A stretch of 41,974 bases of DNA from Escherichia coli (GCA_026712335.1 GCA_026712335.1_4695.1), one strand, 5' to 3'; positions 8,492-19,510 are shown, numbered from the stretch's first letter. Translations and numbers: made by a program. Notes: generated by a model from the sequence alone, not told the origin.

Positions 8492-11354
8492 ATGACTAAC
8501 GTAATCAACGCACCAAAGAACGACTTCTCTGACATCGCTAACGCAATCATGCCATACAACATTCTGGCTGACCATTACGGCGCACAGCTTGCAGCTACGC
8601 AGTTACAGCTTGAGCACGAAGCGCACACCGAAGGCGAGAAGCGTTTTCTTAAGGCAATGGAACGTCAAATCAAAGCGGGTGAGTTCGGTGATAACGCAGT
8701 GGCTAAACCGCTCCTGTCATCTCTCGCACCGAAGTTTATCGAGGCGTGGAACGATTGGTTCACTGAAGTGGAAGCGAAGCGTGGCAAGCGTCCAGTAGCC
8801 TACAATCTGGTACAGAAGGTTGCACCTGAAGCTGCTGCATTTATCACACTGAAGGTCACACTCGCTTGCTTGACGAAAGAAGAGTTCACCAACCTGCAAT
8901 CGGTCGCCACTAAGATTGGTCGCAGTATTGAGGATGAACTGCGTTTTGGTCGCATCCGTGACGAAGAAGCGAAGCACTTTAAGAACCACGTACAGGAGGC
9001 ACTGAACAAGCGCGTTGGTATCGTCTACAAGAAAGCATTCATGCAAGCTGTAGAAGGCAAGATGCTTGATGCTGGTCAACTGCAAACCAAGTGGACCACA
9101 TGGACACCTGAAGAATCAATTCACGTTGGTGTGCGCATGTTGGAACTGCTCATTGGGTCTACTGGTCTCGTTGAGTTACACCGCCCGTTCGCTGGGAACA
9201 TCGAGAAGGATGGCGAGTACATCCAACTGACCGAACAATACGTTGACCTGTTATCTAAACGTGCTGGTGCACTGGCTGCAATCGCTCCAATGTATCAGCC
9301 TTGCGTGGTCCCACCTAAGCCTTGGACTTCTCCGGTCGGTGGTGGCTATTGGGCTGCTGGTCGCAAGCCTCTCTCTCTGGTTCGCACTGGTAGCAAGAAG
9401 GGACTTGAGCGTTACAACGATGTGTACATGCCTGAAGTTTACAAGGCCGTGAACATCGCACAGAATACTCCTTGGAAGATTAACAAGAAGGTTCTGGCAG
9501 TGGTCAACGAGATTGTGAACTGGAAGCATTGCCCGGTTGAAGATGTACCCGCTCTGGAACGTGGAGAACTCCCGGTCAAACCTGATGACATCGACACGAA
9601 CGAAGCGGCTCTGAAAGCGTGGAAGAAAGCGGCCTCCGCAATCTACCGCAAAGAGAAGGCACGAGTGTCACGCCGCATGAGCATGGAGTTCATGTTAGGT
9701 CAGGCCAATAAGTTCGCACAGTTCAAAGCTATCTGGTTCCCAATGAACATGGACTGGCGCGGTCGTGTGTATGNGAGAACTCCCGGTCAAACCTGATGAC
9801 ATCGACACGAACGAAGCGGCTCTGAAAGCGTGGAAGAAAGCGGCCTCCGCAATCTACCGCAAAGAGAAGGCACGAGTGTCACGCCGCATGAGCATGGAGT
9901 TCATGTTAGGTCAGGCCAATAAGTTCGCACAGTTCAAAGCTATCTGGTTCCCAATGAACATGGACTGGCGCGGTCGTGTGTATGCTGTGCCGATGTTTAA
10001 CCCGCAAGGCAACGACATGACCAAAGGCTTGCTGACGTTGGCTAAAGGTAAACCAATCGGTGTCGATGGGTACTACTGGCTGAAGATTCACGGTGCTAAC
10101 ACTGCTGGCGTGGACAAGGTGGACTTTGCAGAACGCATCAAGTTCATTGATGACAACCATGAGAACATCATGAGCGTTGCGGCTGACCCGATTGCTAACA
10201 CTTGGTGGGCCGAGCAAGATTCTCCGTTCTGCTTCCTCGCGTTCTGCTTCGAGTATGCAGGTGTGCAACACCACGGGATGAACTACAACTGCTCTCTTCC
10301 GCTGGCGTTCGATGGTAGCTGCTCCGGTATTCAGCACTTCTCCGCGATGCTCCGTGATGAGATTGGTGGTCGTGCGGTTAACCTGCTGCCAAGCAAAGAG
10401 GTACAAGACATCTACCGCATCGTAGCGGAACGTGTCAACGAGATTCTGAAGCAAGATGTAATAAATGGCACCGACAACGAAGTCGAAACCGTGACCAATA
10501 AGGACACAGGGGAAATCACTGAGAAGCTCAAGCTGGGCACGAAGGAACTGGCTGGTCAATGGTTAGCATACGGTGTTACTCGTAAGGAGACTAAGCGTTC
10601 CGTTATGACCTTGGCGTATGGTTCCAAAGAGTATGGCTTCCGTGACCAAGTGCTAGAGGATACAATTCAGCCAGCTATCGACGATGGCAAGGGCTTGATG
10701 TTCACTCAACCGAACCAAGCGGCTGGCTACATGGCTAAACTGATTTGGAACGCGGTAACGGTGACAGTGGTCGCTGCGGTTGAAGCAATGAACTGGCTGA
10801 AGTCTGCTGCTAAACTGCTGGCTGCTGAAGTCAAGGACAAGAAGACAAAAGAGGTTCTGCGCAAACGCTGTGCGGTACATTGGGTTACTCCTGATGGCTT
10901 CCCGGTCTGGCAGGAATACAAGAAGCCAGTACAGACACGCTTGAACCTGATGTTCTTAGGCCAGATTCGTCTACAGCCTACCGTGAACACCAACAAGGAT
11001 AGCGGAATTGATGCTCGTAAGCAGGAGTCAGGCATCGCACCTAACTTTGTCCACTCAATGGATGGTAGCCACCTGCGCATGACTGTGGTCCGCTCCAATG
11101 AGGTCTACGGTGTGGAATCGTTCGCACTGATTCACGACTCCTTTGGTACTATCCCTGCTGATGCTGGCAACCTGTTTAAAGCAGTGCGTGAAACGATGGT
11201 CAACACTTACGAAGAGAACGATGTACTTGCAGACTTCTATGAGCAATTTGCTGACCAGTTGCACGAATCACAGCTTGACAAGATGCCTGAGATGCCAGCT
11301 AAAGGTTCTCTGGACCTGCAAGAAATCCTTAAGTCAGACTTTGCGTTTGCCTAA
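8492..11354 (+). CDS. 1: Single-subunit DNA-dependent RNA polymerase gp1 (ORF split by duplication artifact 9564..9984; true length about 883 aa)
   Basis: ORFs 8492..9796 and 9765..11354 together are collinear with T7/T3 RNAP (PCVVPPKPW, WFPMNMDWRGRVYAV, ALIHDSFGT, C-terminal SDFAFA); removing one 211-bp copy restores frame. Confidence 0.97.
9564..9984. repeat. Direct duplicate 9564..9773 = 9775..9984 with N at 9774 inside the RNAP gene (scaffold overlap artifact)
   Basis: Read directly; copies identical; period 211 is not a multiple of 3. Confidence 0.92.
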
Positions 11355-11361
11355 CGGAATC

Positions 11362-11384
11362 TAATACGACTCACTATTGGGAGC
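11362..11384 (+). promoter_or_regulatory. Phage RNAP promoter (phi1.1A-like)
   Basis: TAATACGACTCACTATT GGGAGC. Confidence 0.8.
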
Positions 11385-11443
11385 CTTCGGGCTTCCTAAA
11401 CTTTAAGATACTTTAAGTTCTAACTTTAAGAGGAAACACAATC

Positions 11444-12001
11444 ATGTTTACTTTAATCACTTCAGTAGGCGCTCTCGTATCAACCATTCTTGCAGCAACA
11501 TACTATAATCGTTCAAAGGTATTTCTCACTAAGCTAATCAAAGAAGAGAAGAACTCTCATGCACTCAAAGAGAGACTTGAAGATGGTTGGCGAGAGAAGC
11601 AGGAACTAGCTGGTCGAATCCGTACCTTAGAGTTCGAACAACAATATGACATGTCGAACCAACGAGAACTCATCGAGCGTCTACGCGCTGAGGCAGTGGA
11701 GTACCGCAAGGAACTTAAAGAGGCAAAGAGTACCATCCGTGAGTACACTCACAGTGACATCACGTCTATCAAGTTTACTGCTCACATACCGGATGCTGGC
11801 TGGAAGCGCACTGAGTTCAAGCTGGGTCTTGGCTCATGTGGTAAGCAAGTCACTTGCCTACATTGGGTTGAACAAGCCGACCGCTATCTGCTGACACAGA
11901 CGTGCACTGATGGTGAGCGCAAAGAGTTCACCTATTATAAGAAAGATGTAGCGGGTCGCATTGAGATTGCACGTAAGGTTGCAGACAATACGACTCACTA
12001 A
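11444..12001 (+). CDS. Hypothetical protein (185 aa; N-terminal hydrophobic segment plus predicted coiled coil); gene 1.05 position
   Basis: ORF after the phi1.1A-like promoter; start MFTLITSVGALVSTILAATYY; no T7 counterpart; T3-lineage phages carry a gene here. Confidence 0.6.
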   Translation: MFTLITSVGALVSTILAATYYNRSKVFLTKLIKEEKNSHALKERLEDGWREKQELAGRIRTLEFEQQYDMSNQRELIERLRAEAVEYRKELKEAKSTIREYTHSDITSIKFTAHIPDAGWKRTEFKLGLGSCGKQVTCLHWVEQADRYLLTQTCTDGERKEFTYYKKDVAGRIEIARKVADNTTH

Positions 12002-12008
12002 TGGGAGA
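11986..12008 (+). promoter_or_regulatory. Phage RNAP promoter (phi1.1B-like)
   Basis: CAATACGACTCACTAAT GGGAGA, overlapping the stop of the upstream ORF. Confidence 0.75.
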
Positions 12009-12014
12009 CACTGA

Positions 12015-12060
12015 AAGTTAAACTCAAGGTCATCACATTTGGTGGCCTTCATGATTAACT
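12015..12060 (+). promoter_or_regulatory. Putative RNase III site (R1.1-like)
   Basis: AAACTCAAGGTCATCACATTTGGTGGCCTTCATGATTAAC hairpin. Confidence 0.55.
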
Positions 12061-12090
12061 GTCATTAACTACACAGAAGGAAATAACATT

Positions 12091-12240
12091 ATGCGTACCA
12101 ACTTTGAACCAACCACTAAGCGCAACAACGTAAGCAATGAACACGGTGCTGAATGGCAGGAACGTAAAGACCGCATGAAGAAACGCCACAAGACACAACG
12201 TGGCAACGCTGAGAAACGTAACTGGAAGGAGGCACTCTAA
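12091..12240 (+). CDS. 1.1: gp1.1-like small basic protein (49 aa)
   Basis: MRTNFEPTTKRNN...KRHKTQRGNAEKRNWKEAL; resembles T7 gp1.1; below ORF-track cutoff. Confidence 0.7.
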   Translation: MRTNFEPTTKRNNVSNEHGAEWQERKDRMKKRHKTQRGNAEKRNWKEAL

Positions 12241-12512
12241 TGGGTCGCTTATACAGTGGTAACTTAATAGCATATAAAGACGCTATCGAACGACTTAAAG
12301 AAGACCACGATGCAAATGTGGTCGTTGAGACTTATCGCTATGAGGACTTCGCACAGCGTCGGATGGTAGCCGGAGAGACACTTCGAGTGACCTTGCGGAA
12401 TGGCTTAATGCTGACCGCTAAGTGTTTCGAACAGTCAGACGAAGACGTTCGCTGTAATGCACAGACTGAATGGCTCCGTAAGGTTCACAGTGACCTGAAG
12501 CACTGGAAGTAA
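12240..12512 (+). CDS. 1.2: gp1.2 (host dGTPase inhibitor family)
   Basis: 90 aa; N-terminus MGRLYSGNL identical to T7 gp1.2, C-terminal DLKHWK similar. Confidence 0.8.
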   Translation: MGRLYSGNLIAYKDAIERLKEDHDANVVVETYRYEDFAQRRMVAGETLRVTLRNGLMLTAKCFEQSDEDVRCNAQTEWLRKVHSDLKHWK

Positions 12513-12532
12513 TACGACTCACTATTGCGAAA
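12510..12532 (+). promoter_or_regulatory. Phage RNAP promoter (phi1.3-like)
   Basis: TAATACGACTCACTATT GCGAAA. Confidence 0.7.
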
Positions 12533-12580
12533 GAGTTAAACTAAAGGTCATCTTAATGGTGGCCTTTGTGATTAACTTTT
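12533..12580 (+). promoter_or_regulatory. Putative RNase III site (R1.3-like)
   Basis: GAGTTAAACTAAAGGTCATCTTAATGGTGGCCTTTGTGATTAAC hairpin. Confidence 0.55.
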
Positions 12581-12613
12581 GTTTACTTAATAACCAACAA
12601 TAGGAGTTCCATC

Positions 12614-13645
12614 ATGGAAATCACATTCAAGACTAACCCTTTTAAAGCTGTATCCTACGTTGAGTCTGCCATTAAGAAAGCACTCGACAAAGCTGGCTAC
12701 CTGATTGCTGACACTAAGCATGATGGTGTACGTGGTAACATCGTGGTTGACAATACGGCTGACTGCCTGTGGCTATCCCGCGTCTCCAAGACCATACCCG
12801 CGCTTGAGCACCTTAATGGGTTCGACCAACGCTGGGCTAATGTTCTCAAAGATGACCGCTGGATTTTCCCTGATGGCTTCATGCTGGATGGTGAACTGAT
12901 GGTCAAAGGCGTAGACTTCAACACAGGGTCTGGACTACTGAGAACCAAGTGGCTCAAGAAGACAAACTGTGGATTTGATATTGGTGGAGTAGAGCCTCTC
13001 AAGGGGAGTAAAGTAGACTTCTGCTTAGACCCTAAGAAACTTAAGGTTGTCCTGTATGCTGCTATGCCGTATCACGATATGGTAGAAGGCAAAGAGTACG
13101 GCGTTATGTCCCTCCTGATGCAAGAGCATGTGCGTTCCCTCATTCCGGTTCTTAGTGAACACTTCCCGGAAATCACTTGGGAACTATCTGAGGCCAAAGA
13201 AGTCTACGACATGGTAGAACTTCAGGAACTCTACGAGAAAGCCCGTGCCGATGGTCATGAAGGTCTGGTCGTCAAAGACCCGCTGGAAGTCTACAAGCGT
13301 GGCAAGAAGTCTGGCTGGTGGAAGATGAAGCCTGAGAATGAAGCTGATGGTGTCATCGTTGGACTCAATTGGGGTACTCCGGGTCTGGCTAATGAAGGTA
13401 AAGTGATTGGCTTCGAGGTTCTCTTGGAGTCCGGTCGTGTAGTCTCTGCCAACAACATTAGCCAAGCGTTGATGGATGAGTTCACTGCTGCCGTCAAACA
13501 TGCTGAGTCTGTGGGTATGGGTATGCCGTACACTGGCTTCGCCTGTCAGGTTGCCTACATGGAGGAAACTCCAGACGGCTCTCTGCGTCACCCATCGTTC
13601 GTTATGTTCCGTGGAACTGAGGATAACCCAAAGGAGAAAATGTAA
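12614..13645 (+). CDS. 1.3: ATP-dependent DNA ligase gp1.3
   Basis: 343 aa; adenylation motif KHDGVRG (KxDG); collinear with T7 ligase. Confidence 0.93.
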   Translation: MEITFKTNPFKAVSYVESAIKKALDKAGYLIADTKHDGVRGNIVVDNTADCLWLSRVSKTIPALEHLNGFDQRWANVLKDDRWIFPDGFMLDGELMVKGVDFNTGSGLLRTKWLKKTNCGFDIGGVEPLKGSKVDFCLDPKKLKVVLYAAMPYHDMVEGKEYGVMSLLMQEHVRSLIPVLSEHFPEITWELSEAKEVYDMVELQELYEKARADGHEGLVVKDPLEVYKRGKKSGWWKMKPENEADGVIVGLNWGTPGLANEGKVIGFEVLLESGRVVSANNISQALMDEFTAAVKHAESVGMGMPYTGFACQVAYMEETPDGSLRHPSFVMFRGTEDNPKEKM

Positions 13646-13827
13646 TGCTTATCTTTGACGAGAACGGTTGGAGAGTGTATCAACACCCACACCTGATGAT
13701 ATTCCACATATCAAAGTGGATGGAAGGAGATGACCGGAGAAGCTACGGGAGAACTTGGGACTACTTTACTGTCCATGAGTGCCATAGTATTAAGGAAGTC
13801 AAAGAGTACCTACGAAACAATATGTAA
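13645..13827 (+). CDS. Hypothetical protein (60 aa)
   Basis: ATG overlapping ligase stop (TAATG) with AAGGAG RBS; followed directly by the terminator hairpin. Confidence 0.5.
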   Translation: MLIFDENGWRVYQHPHLMIFHISKWMEGDDRRSYGRTWDYFTVHECHSIKEVKEYLRNNM

Positions 13828-13835
13828 AGACAAAT

Positions 13836-13866
13836 GGTCAGTCCTTAACGGGGCTGGCCTTTTTGC
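13836..13866 (+). terminator. Rho-independent terminator (early terminator TE-like)
   Basis: GGTCAGTCC TTAAC GGGGCTGGCC stem-loop followed by TTTTT; same position as T7 TE after gene 1.3. Confidence 0.7.
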
Positions 13867-13870
13867 GTTT

Positions 13871-13893
13871 CTATACGACTCACTATGGAGGAA
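13871..13893 (+). promoter_or_regulatory. Phage RNAP promoter-like element (variant, class II)
   Basis: CTATACGACTCACTATG GAGGAA; lacks the T at -1. Confidence 0.55.
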
Positions 13894-13900
13894 CTACCTC

Positions 13901-13981
13901 ATGCTATTTCTAATTGCTGCTGCTATCTTTGCCACGTTTGCCTTCGTTATCATTGACGACAACTGCTGGCCGGATTGCTAA
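13901..13981 (+). CDS. Small hydrophobic peptide (26 aa)
   Basis: MLFLIAAAIFATFAFVIIDDNCWPDC; ATG 8 nt after GGAGGA; the longer track ORF 13730..13981 spans the terminator and promoter. Confidence 0.4.
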   Translation: MLFLIAAAIFATFAFVIIDDNCWPDC

Positions 13982-14002
13982 TACGACTCACCTATGGAGG
14001 AC
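13979..14002 (+). promoter_or_regulatory. Degenerate phage promoter-like element with a 1-nt insertion
   Basis: TAATACGACTCAC-C-TATGGAGG; insertion shifts the -12..-8 block. Confidence 0.35.
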
Positions 14003-14008
14003 ACAACT

Positions 14009-14272
14009 ATGTTAAGACTTCACTTCAACAAATCTAATGGCATCTTCTCTGCGCGTGGCGCTGACCGCTCTACTGTTCTGGCCTCTGAGAAACACGCAGT
14101 CATCCCTAAAGTGCTTGGCTCGACCATTGAGTTAGCACCTCGTGTTCACGCTGTAATCACCACTGGCTTATATAAAGAAGCGACCACTGGCTCCCGGCCT
14201 TTCATTCCGGTTCTCGTCACCCGTTTTCCTAAAGTCCGTCTGGTAATTGCACGTATCAAGGAGGTGTTCTAA
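14009..14272 (+). CDS. gp1.6-like protein (87 aa)
   Basis: ATG 7 nt after GGAGGA; same size as T7 gp1.6 (88 aa); sequence similarity not confirmed from memory. Confidence 0.6.
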   Translation: MLRLHFNKSNGIFSARGADRSTVLASEKHAVIPKVLGSTIELAPRVHAVITTGLYKEATTGSRPFIPVLVTRFPKVRLVIARIKEVF

Positions 14273-14583
14273 TGGTCTGCATGGCATGTTTAGAGAATGA
14301 TGACCGCTACCCTCACACCTGTGAACCTGTAGCTAAACCACAAGATATAGAGGGTGTTCGCAAGCCGAGCCACTATATGTTGTTTGATGACATTGAGGCT
14401 ATCGAGGTGATTGCCCGTTCGATGACCCGTGAACAGTTCAAAGGGTACTGCTTAGGGAATATCCTTAAGTACCGCCTCCGTGCTGGTAAGAAATCCGAAC
14501 TGGCATTCTTAGAGAAGGACATGGCGAAAGCTGGGTTCTACGGTGAACTGTACGAGAAACATAAAGGTAAATGCCATGCTTAA
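14272..14583 (+). CDS. Hypothetical protein (103 aa), possibly related to the C-terminal region of T7 gp1.7
   Basis: ATG overlapping upstream stop, RBS AAGGAGGTG; motif GNILKYRLRAGKK; shorter than T7 gp1.7 (196 aa). Confidence 0.55.
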   Translation: MVCMACLENDDRYPHTCEPVAKPQDIEGVRKPSHYMLFDDIEAIEVIARSMTREQFKGYCLGNILKYRLRAGKKSELAFLEKDMAKAGFYGELYEKHKGKCHA

Positions 14584-14674
14584 ACCTAGCGAATGGTGTG
14601 AGCGTATGTTTGAAAAGACAGGCAACACCGACTACCTTGAATTATATAATCACTGGAAGGAGAGAGGACAATGA
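14576..14674 (+). CDS. Small ORF (32 aa), gene 1.8 position
   Basis: ATG overlaps upstream stop; stop overlaps gene 2 start (ATGA); below the ORF-track size cutoff. Confidence 0.35.
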   Translation: MLKPSEWCERMFEKTGNTDYLELYNHWKERGQ

Positions 14675-14862
14675 GCACTCTGAATAAAGGGTCACTGGTA
14701 AACGGTGACAAGAAGTTCTTCGCTACGGTAGAAGGCCAAGGCCAATCGTTCGAAGTACCTGTGTTCGCTACGTCTCTTGAAGAGGCCAATGAGTTAGCTG
14801 AGTGGCAATACGTCCCTGCTGGCTTCGCTGTAACACGCATCCGTCCAGACCGTAAGGTTTAA
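14671..14862 (+). CDS. 2: Host RNA polymerase inhibitor gp2
   Basis: 63 aa; strong match to T7 gp2 (GSL...KKF.ATVE...[26 protein letters not shown]). Confidence 0.9.
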   Translation: MSTLNKGSLVNGDKKFFATVEGQGQSFEVPVFATSLEEANELAEWQYVPAGFAVTRIRPDRKV

Positions 14863-14882
14863 TAGGACTCACTAATGGGAGA
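14860..14882 (+). promoter_or_regulatory. Phage RNAP promoter (phi2.5-like)
   Basis: TAATAGGACTCACTAAT GGGAGA. Confidence 0.75.
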
Positions 14883-14929
14883 CACAGCGTTTCCCACTTT
14901 TAACTTTCAGAAACTAAAGGAGAATCATT

Positions 14930-15628
14930 ATGGCATTCGCAAAACGTAAAGTATTCACTTCCGCTCGTGGTGTTGCTGAACCTTACTGCTATCTGGCAAA
15001 GCCGGACTTCGGTAGTGGTGACTTCAAGAACGAACGTGGTGTCTACAAAGTATCACTGACTGTATCCAACGACGACCCTCGCTGTCAGAAGATGATTGAC
15101 GAGATTGTCGAAGCCCATGAGACGGACTACGCTGCTCGACTCGAAGAGTACGAAGCGAACCCGCCGAAGGTTGTCAAGGGTAAGAAACCGCTGAAGCCAT
15201 ATGTTGGCGACATGCCTTTCATGGATAACGAAGATGGAACCACTACGTTCAACTTCAAGTGCTACGGCTCGTTCACTGACAAGAAGACTGGTGAGAACAA
15301 ACCAATCGACTTGGCTATCGTGGACTCCAAAGGTAAGCGCATTCGTGGTGAGCGTCCAGCTATCTCTGGTGGCTCTGAACTGAAGATTAAATACACTCTG
15401 TTCCCTTATGGCTGGTCTGCTGTGGCAGGTGCTTCCGTTAAGCTGCAACTGGATTCCGTGATGCTGATTAAGCTGGTTGAGTTCGGTGGTGGTGATGACG
15501 ATTGGGGTGATGAAATCGAAGAAGACGGCTACGAAGCTGATGAAGCACAGACCCGCAAGCCTCAAAACGACTCTGGCTGGAATGAAGAACCAGAAGAGGA
15601 CGATGAAGACGAAGACGGTGACTTCTAA
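14930..15628 (+). CDS. 2.5: Single-stranded DNA-binding protein gp2.5
   Basis: 232 aa, same length as T7 gp2.5; acidic C-terminal tail ending DGDF. Confidence 0.95.
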   Translation: MAFAKRKVFTSARGVAEPYCYLAKPDFGSGDFKNERGVYKVSLTVSNDDPRCQKMIDEIVEAHETDYAARLEEYEANPPKVVKGKKPLKPYVGDMPFMDNEDGTTTFNFKCYGSFTDKKTGENKPIDLAIVDSKGKRIRGERPAISGGSELKIKYTLFPYGWSAVAGASVKLQLDSVMLIKLVEFGGGDDDWGDEIEEDGYEADEAQTRKPQNDSGWNEEPEEDDEDEDGDF

Positions 15629-16074
15629 TGGCTAAGGGTTATGCAGGTCGAGGCACTCGTGTGGGTGCCTTTCGCTCTGGCTTGGAGGATAAGGTAAGTA
15701 AGCAACTCGAAGGGAAGAACATTAAGTTCGACTACGAGCGCTGGCGTGTACCATATGTTGTTCCTGCAAGCAACCATACCTATTGCCCGGACTTCCTGTT
15801 ACCTAATGGCATCTTTGTGGAAACCAAAGGTCTGTGGGATAGTGACGACCGCAAGAAACACTTACTGATTCGTGAACAGTATCCTGAACTTGATGTGCGC
15901 ATCGTGTTCTCTTCAAGCCGCTCCAAGCTGTACAAAGGGTCTCCGACCAGCTACGGTGAGTGGTGCGAGAAGCATGGCATTCTGTTTGCTGATAAATTAA
16001 TTCCAGTTGATTGGCTGAAAGAGCCTTCTAAGGATGTTCCATTCGATAAATTTAAAGAGGTGAAGAAGAAATGA
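15628..16074 (+). CDS. 3: Endonuclease I (Holliday junction resolvase) gp3
   Basis: 148 aa; size, position and similarity to T7 gp3 (YERWRVPYV...YCPDFLLPNGIFVETKG). Confidence 0.92.
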   Translation: MAKGYAGRGTRVGAFRSGLEDKVSKQLEGKNIKFDYERWRVPYVVPASNHTYCPDFLLPNGIFVETKGLWDSDDRKKHLLIREQYPELDVRIVFSSSRSKLYKGSPTSYGEWCEKHGILFADKLIPVDWLKEPSKDVPFDKFKEVKKK

Positions 16075-16526
16075 GTAAGGTACAATTCAAACCACGCGCT
16101 GTGACAGAAGCAATCTTTGTCCACTGTAGCGCAACCAAGGCGTCCATGAATGTTGGACTGCGTGAAATCCGTCAGTGGCATAAAGAACAGGGCTGGCTTG
16201 ATGTAGGCTACCACTTCATTATTCGCCGTGATGGTACAATCGAAGAAGGCCGTCCGGTCGATGTCGTTGGGTCTCACGTTAAGGACTGGAACAGTAAGTC
16301 TGTCGGTGTGTGCCTCGTTGGTGGTATCGACGATAAGGGCAAACACGAAGCTAACTTTACGCCAGCACAGATGCACTCTCTTAAAGAGAAACTAGCAGAC
16401 CTGCTGGACATGTATCCAGATGCTGAAGTGAAAGCTCACCATGACGTTGCGCCTAAAGCGTGTCCGTCTTTCAACTTGAGTCGCTGGCTTAAGACTGGCG
16501 AATTAGTAACTAGTGATTGGGGTTAA
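16071..16526 (+). CDS. 3.5: Lysozyme / N-acetylmuramoyl-L-alanine amidase gp3.5
   Basis: 151 aa; near-collinear with T7 lysozyme (AIFVHCSATK...IRQWHKEQGWLDVGYHFII.RDG...HHDVAPKACPSF). Confidence 0.96.
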   Translation: MSKVQFKPRAVTEAIFVHCSATKASMNVGLREIRQWHKEQGWLDVGYHFIIRRDGTIEEGRPVDVVGSHVKDWNSKSVGVCLVGGIDDKGKHEANFTPAQMHSLKEKLADLLDMYPDAEVKAHHDVAPKACPSFNLSRWLKTGELVTSDWG

Positions 16527-16530
16527 TACT

Positions 16531-16623
16531 ATGATGATTATTCACGAGATGGGCCTGTATGATTTGATTTATCGCCTCGCATTCATGCTGGCAATGGTCT
16601 ACATTCTGACCCGCAAGGATTAA
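16531..16623 (+). CDS. Small hydrophobic ORF (30 aa)
   Basis: MMIIHEMGLYDLIYRLAFMLAMVYILTRKD; compact spacing. Confidence 0.35.
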   Translation: MMIIHEMGLYDLIYRLAFMLAMVYILTRKD

Positions 16624-16643
16624 TAGAACTCACTATGGGAGGA
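16621..16643 (+). promoter_or_regulatory. Phage RNAP promoter-like element (variant) upstream of gene 4
   Basis: TAATAGAACTCACTATG GGAGGA; differs at -12, -11 and -1. Confidence 0.55.
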
Positions 16644-16693
16644 CCGAAAGGTTTCTCCCTTTGTTCGCTAAAATTGTATAAGGAGTAACCACT

Positions 16694-18503
<1,810 letters not shown>

Positions 18504-18647
18504 GGACAATGATTGGTTGCTGACAACTCAATGTAGCTGCCCTTGGGATGCACCTTGTGTGTGTCCTGAGCGTGTACAGCATGGAGACTTACTAACTCCT
18601 GAACAGGCGTACATATACGGTCATTGGGAGCCAAAGAATAAATAAAT

Positions 18648-18670
18648 CAATACAACTCACTAATGGGACA
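18648..18670 (+). promoter_or_regulatory. Phage RNAP promoter (phi4.3-like)
   Basis: CAATACAACTCACTAAT GGGACA. Confidence 0.65.
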
Positions 18671-18713
18671 GACACTCTGTTCCCACTTATCAATCCACTT
18701 AAGGAGAATCACA

Positions 18714-18926
18714 ATGTTTAAATTCATCAACACTCTTGGTAAGCTGGTAGTTAAAATGTACTTCCGTGAAGCTAAACGTCTGAACGACAAGGCACGTAAG
18801 GATGCAGAACAGGCTCAACGCTTGGCTAAACAGGCGCGTCTGCTGTCTGAAGATGCAAGCGCTGGCGTTACGTCTGCTGCTAATATTGCAGCGAAAGCAA
18901 CCGACCTGAACAAGTTCTTCCTGTAA
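18714..18926 (+). CDS. gp4.3-like protein (70 aa)
   Basis: ATG after AAGGAG; MFKFINTLGKLVVKMYFREAKRLNDKARK... resembles the T7 gene 4.3/4.5-region protein as recalled. Confidence 0.6.
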   Translation: MFKFINTLGKLVVKMYFREAKRLNDKARKDAEQAQRLAKQARLLSEDASAGVTSAANIAAKATDLNKFFL

Positions 18927-19105
18927 TGGTTACGATAACCCTTGTGCTCACTCTGATAACTGTGAGCGGACAAACAATAAGTCAAGTCCCTATCACGGCA
19001 CCAAAGGCTGAGGCATACGAGATATGCGAACAGCAAGGGCGCTCATGGTCTAAGGACTTGATGAAGAACGGCAGGGTTTTCACTGCCAACTACAACTGTA
19101 TCTAA
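18926..19105 (+). CDS. Small ORF (59 aa) with signal-peptide-like N-terminus
   Basis: MVTITLVLTLITVSGQTIS...; ATG overlaps upstream stop (TAATG); just below the ORF-track cutoff. Confidence 0.35.
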   Translation: MVTITLVLTLITVSGQTISQVPITAPKAEAYEICEQQGRSWSKDLMKNGRVFTANYNCI

Positions 19106-19120
19106 TAGGAGTAATATAAC

Positions 19121-19423
19121 ATGGCTATTAAATTCCCCGGTAACACTATCCGTCTGTCTGACACCATCGACCAGTATGCTCGTCGAGTGCACATCAACGT
19201 TCGCAATGGCAAGGTAACTCTGGTCTACCGTTGGAAAGACCACAAGTCCACCAAGGCTCACACACAGCGTGTGACTCTGGATGACACACAGGCAGGTCGT
19301 CTGCTGGCTTCCGTTGCTGTAGCTGCTTCCGTTGCTGTAGGTGAAGACAATGTTCGTCAGGCTCTGCTGGGTAAGACCGTGGAGTCTGAGGGAAACATGC
19401 TTGCTGACAAGTGTGAAGAGTAA
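19121..19423 (+). CDS. Hypothetical protein (100 aa)
   Basis: ORF with RBS AGGAG; internal repeat ASVAVAASVAVG. Confidence 0.55.
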   Translation: MAIKFPGNTIRLSDTIDQYARRVHINVRNGKVTLVYRWKDHKSTKAHTQRVTLDDTQAGRLLASVAVAASVAVGEDNVRQALLGKTVESEGNMLADKCEE

Positions 19424-19425
19424 GA

Positions 19426-19470
19426 GTTAAACTAAAGGTCATCTCCGGGTGGCCTTCGTGATTAACTTTT
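19426..19470 (+). promoter_or_regulatory. Putative RNase III site
   Basis: GAGTTAAACTAAAGGTCATCTCCGGGTGGCCTTCGTGATTAAC hairpin, near-identical to the 12533 site. Confidence 0.55.
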
Positions 19471-19479
19471 GTATGAAAT

Positions 19480-19502
19480 CTATTCAACTCACTAATGGGA
19501 GA
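19480..19502 (+). promoter_or_regulatory. Weak phage RNAP promoter-like element
   Basis: CTATTCAACTCACTAAT GGGAGA; 12/17 to consensus. Confidence 0.4.
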
Positions 19503-19510
19503 ACAACACT

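Noticed and set aside
9564-9984. Tandem duplications within RNAP and gp16 as genuine gene-internal duplications
   Set aside because: Periods of 211 and 203 bp are not multiples of 3 and would truncate essential proteins. Each junction carries an N and the copies are identical, so these are scaffold overlaps.
9906-10559. Minus-strand ORF of 217 aa inside the RNA polymerase gene; likewise other minus-strand track ORFs (e.g. 3664..4128, 28751..29365, 33266..33859, 34436..34930)
   Set aside because: Each lies antisense within a + strand gene that has strong homology support. None has a convincing RBS or promoter, and T7-like phages transcribe only one strand.
13730-13981. 83-aa ORF spanning the TE-like terminator and a promoter
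   Set aside because: The reading frame crosses a terminator hairpin and a promoter. Only the distal 26-codon segment after the promoter and RBS is plausible as a gene.
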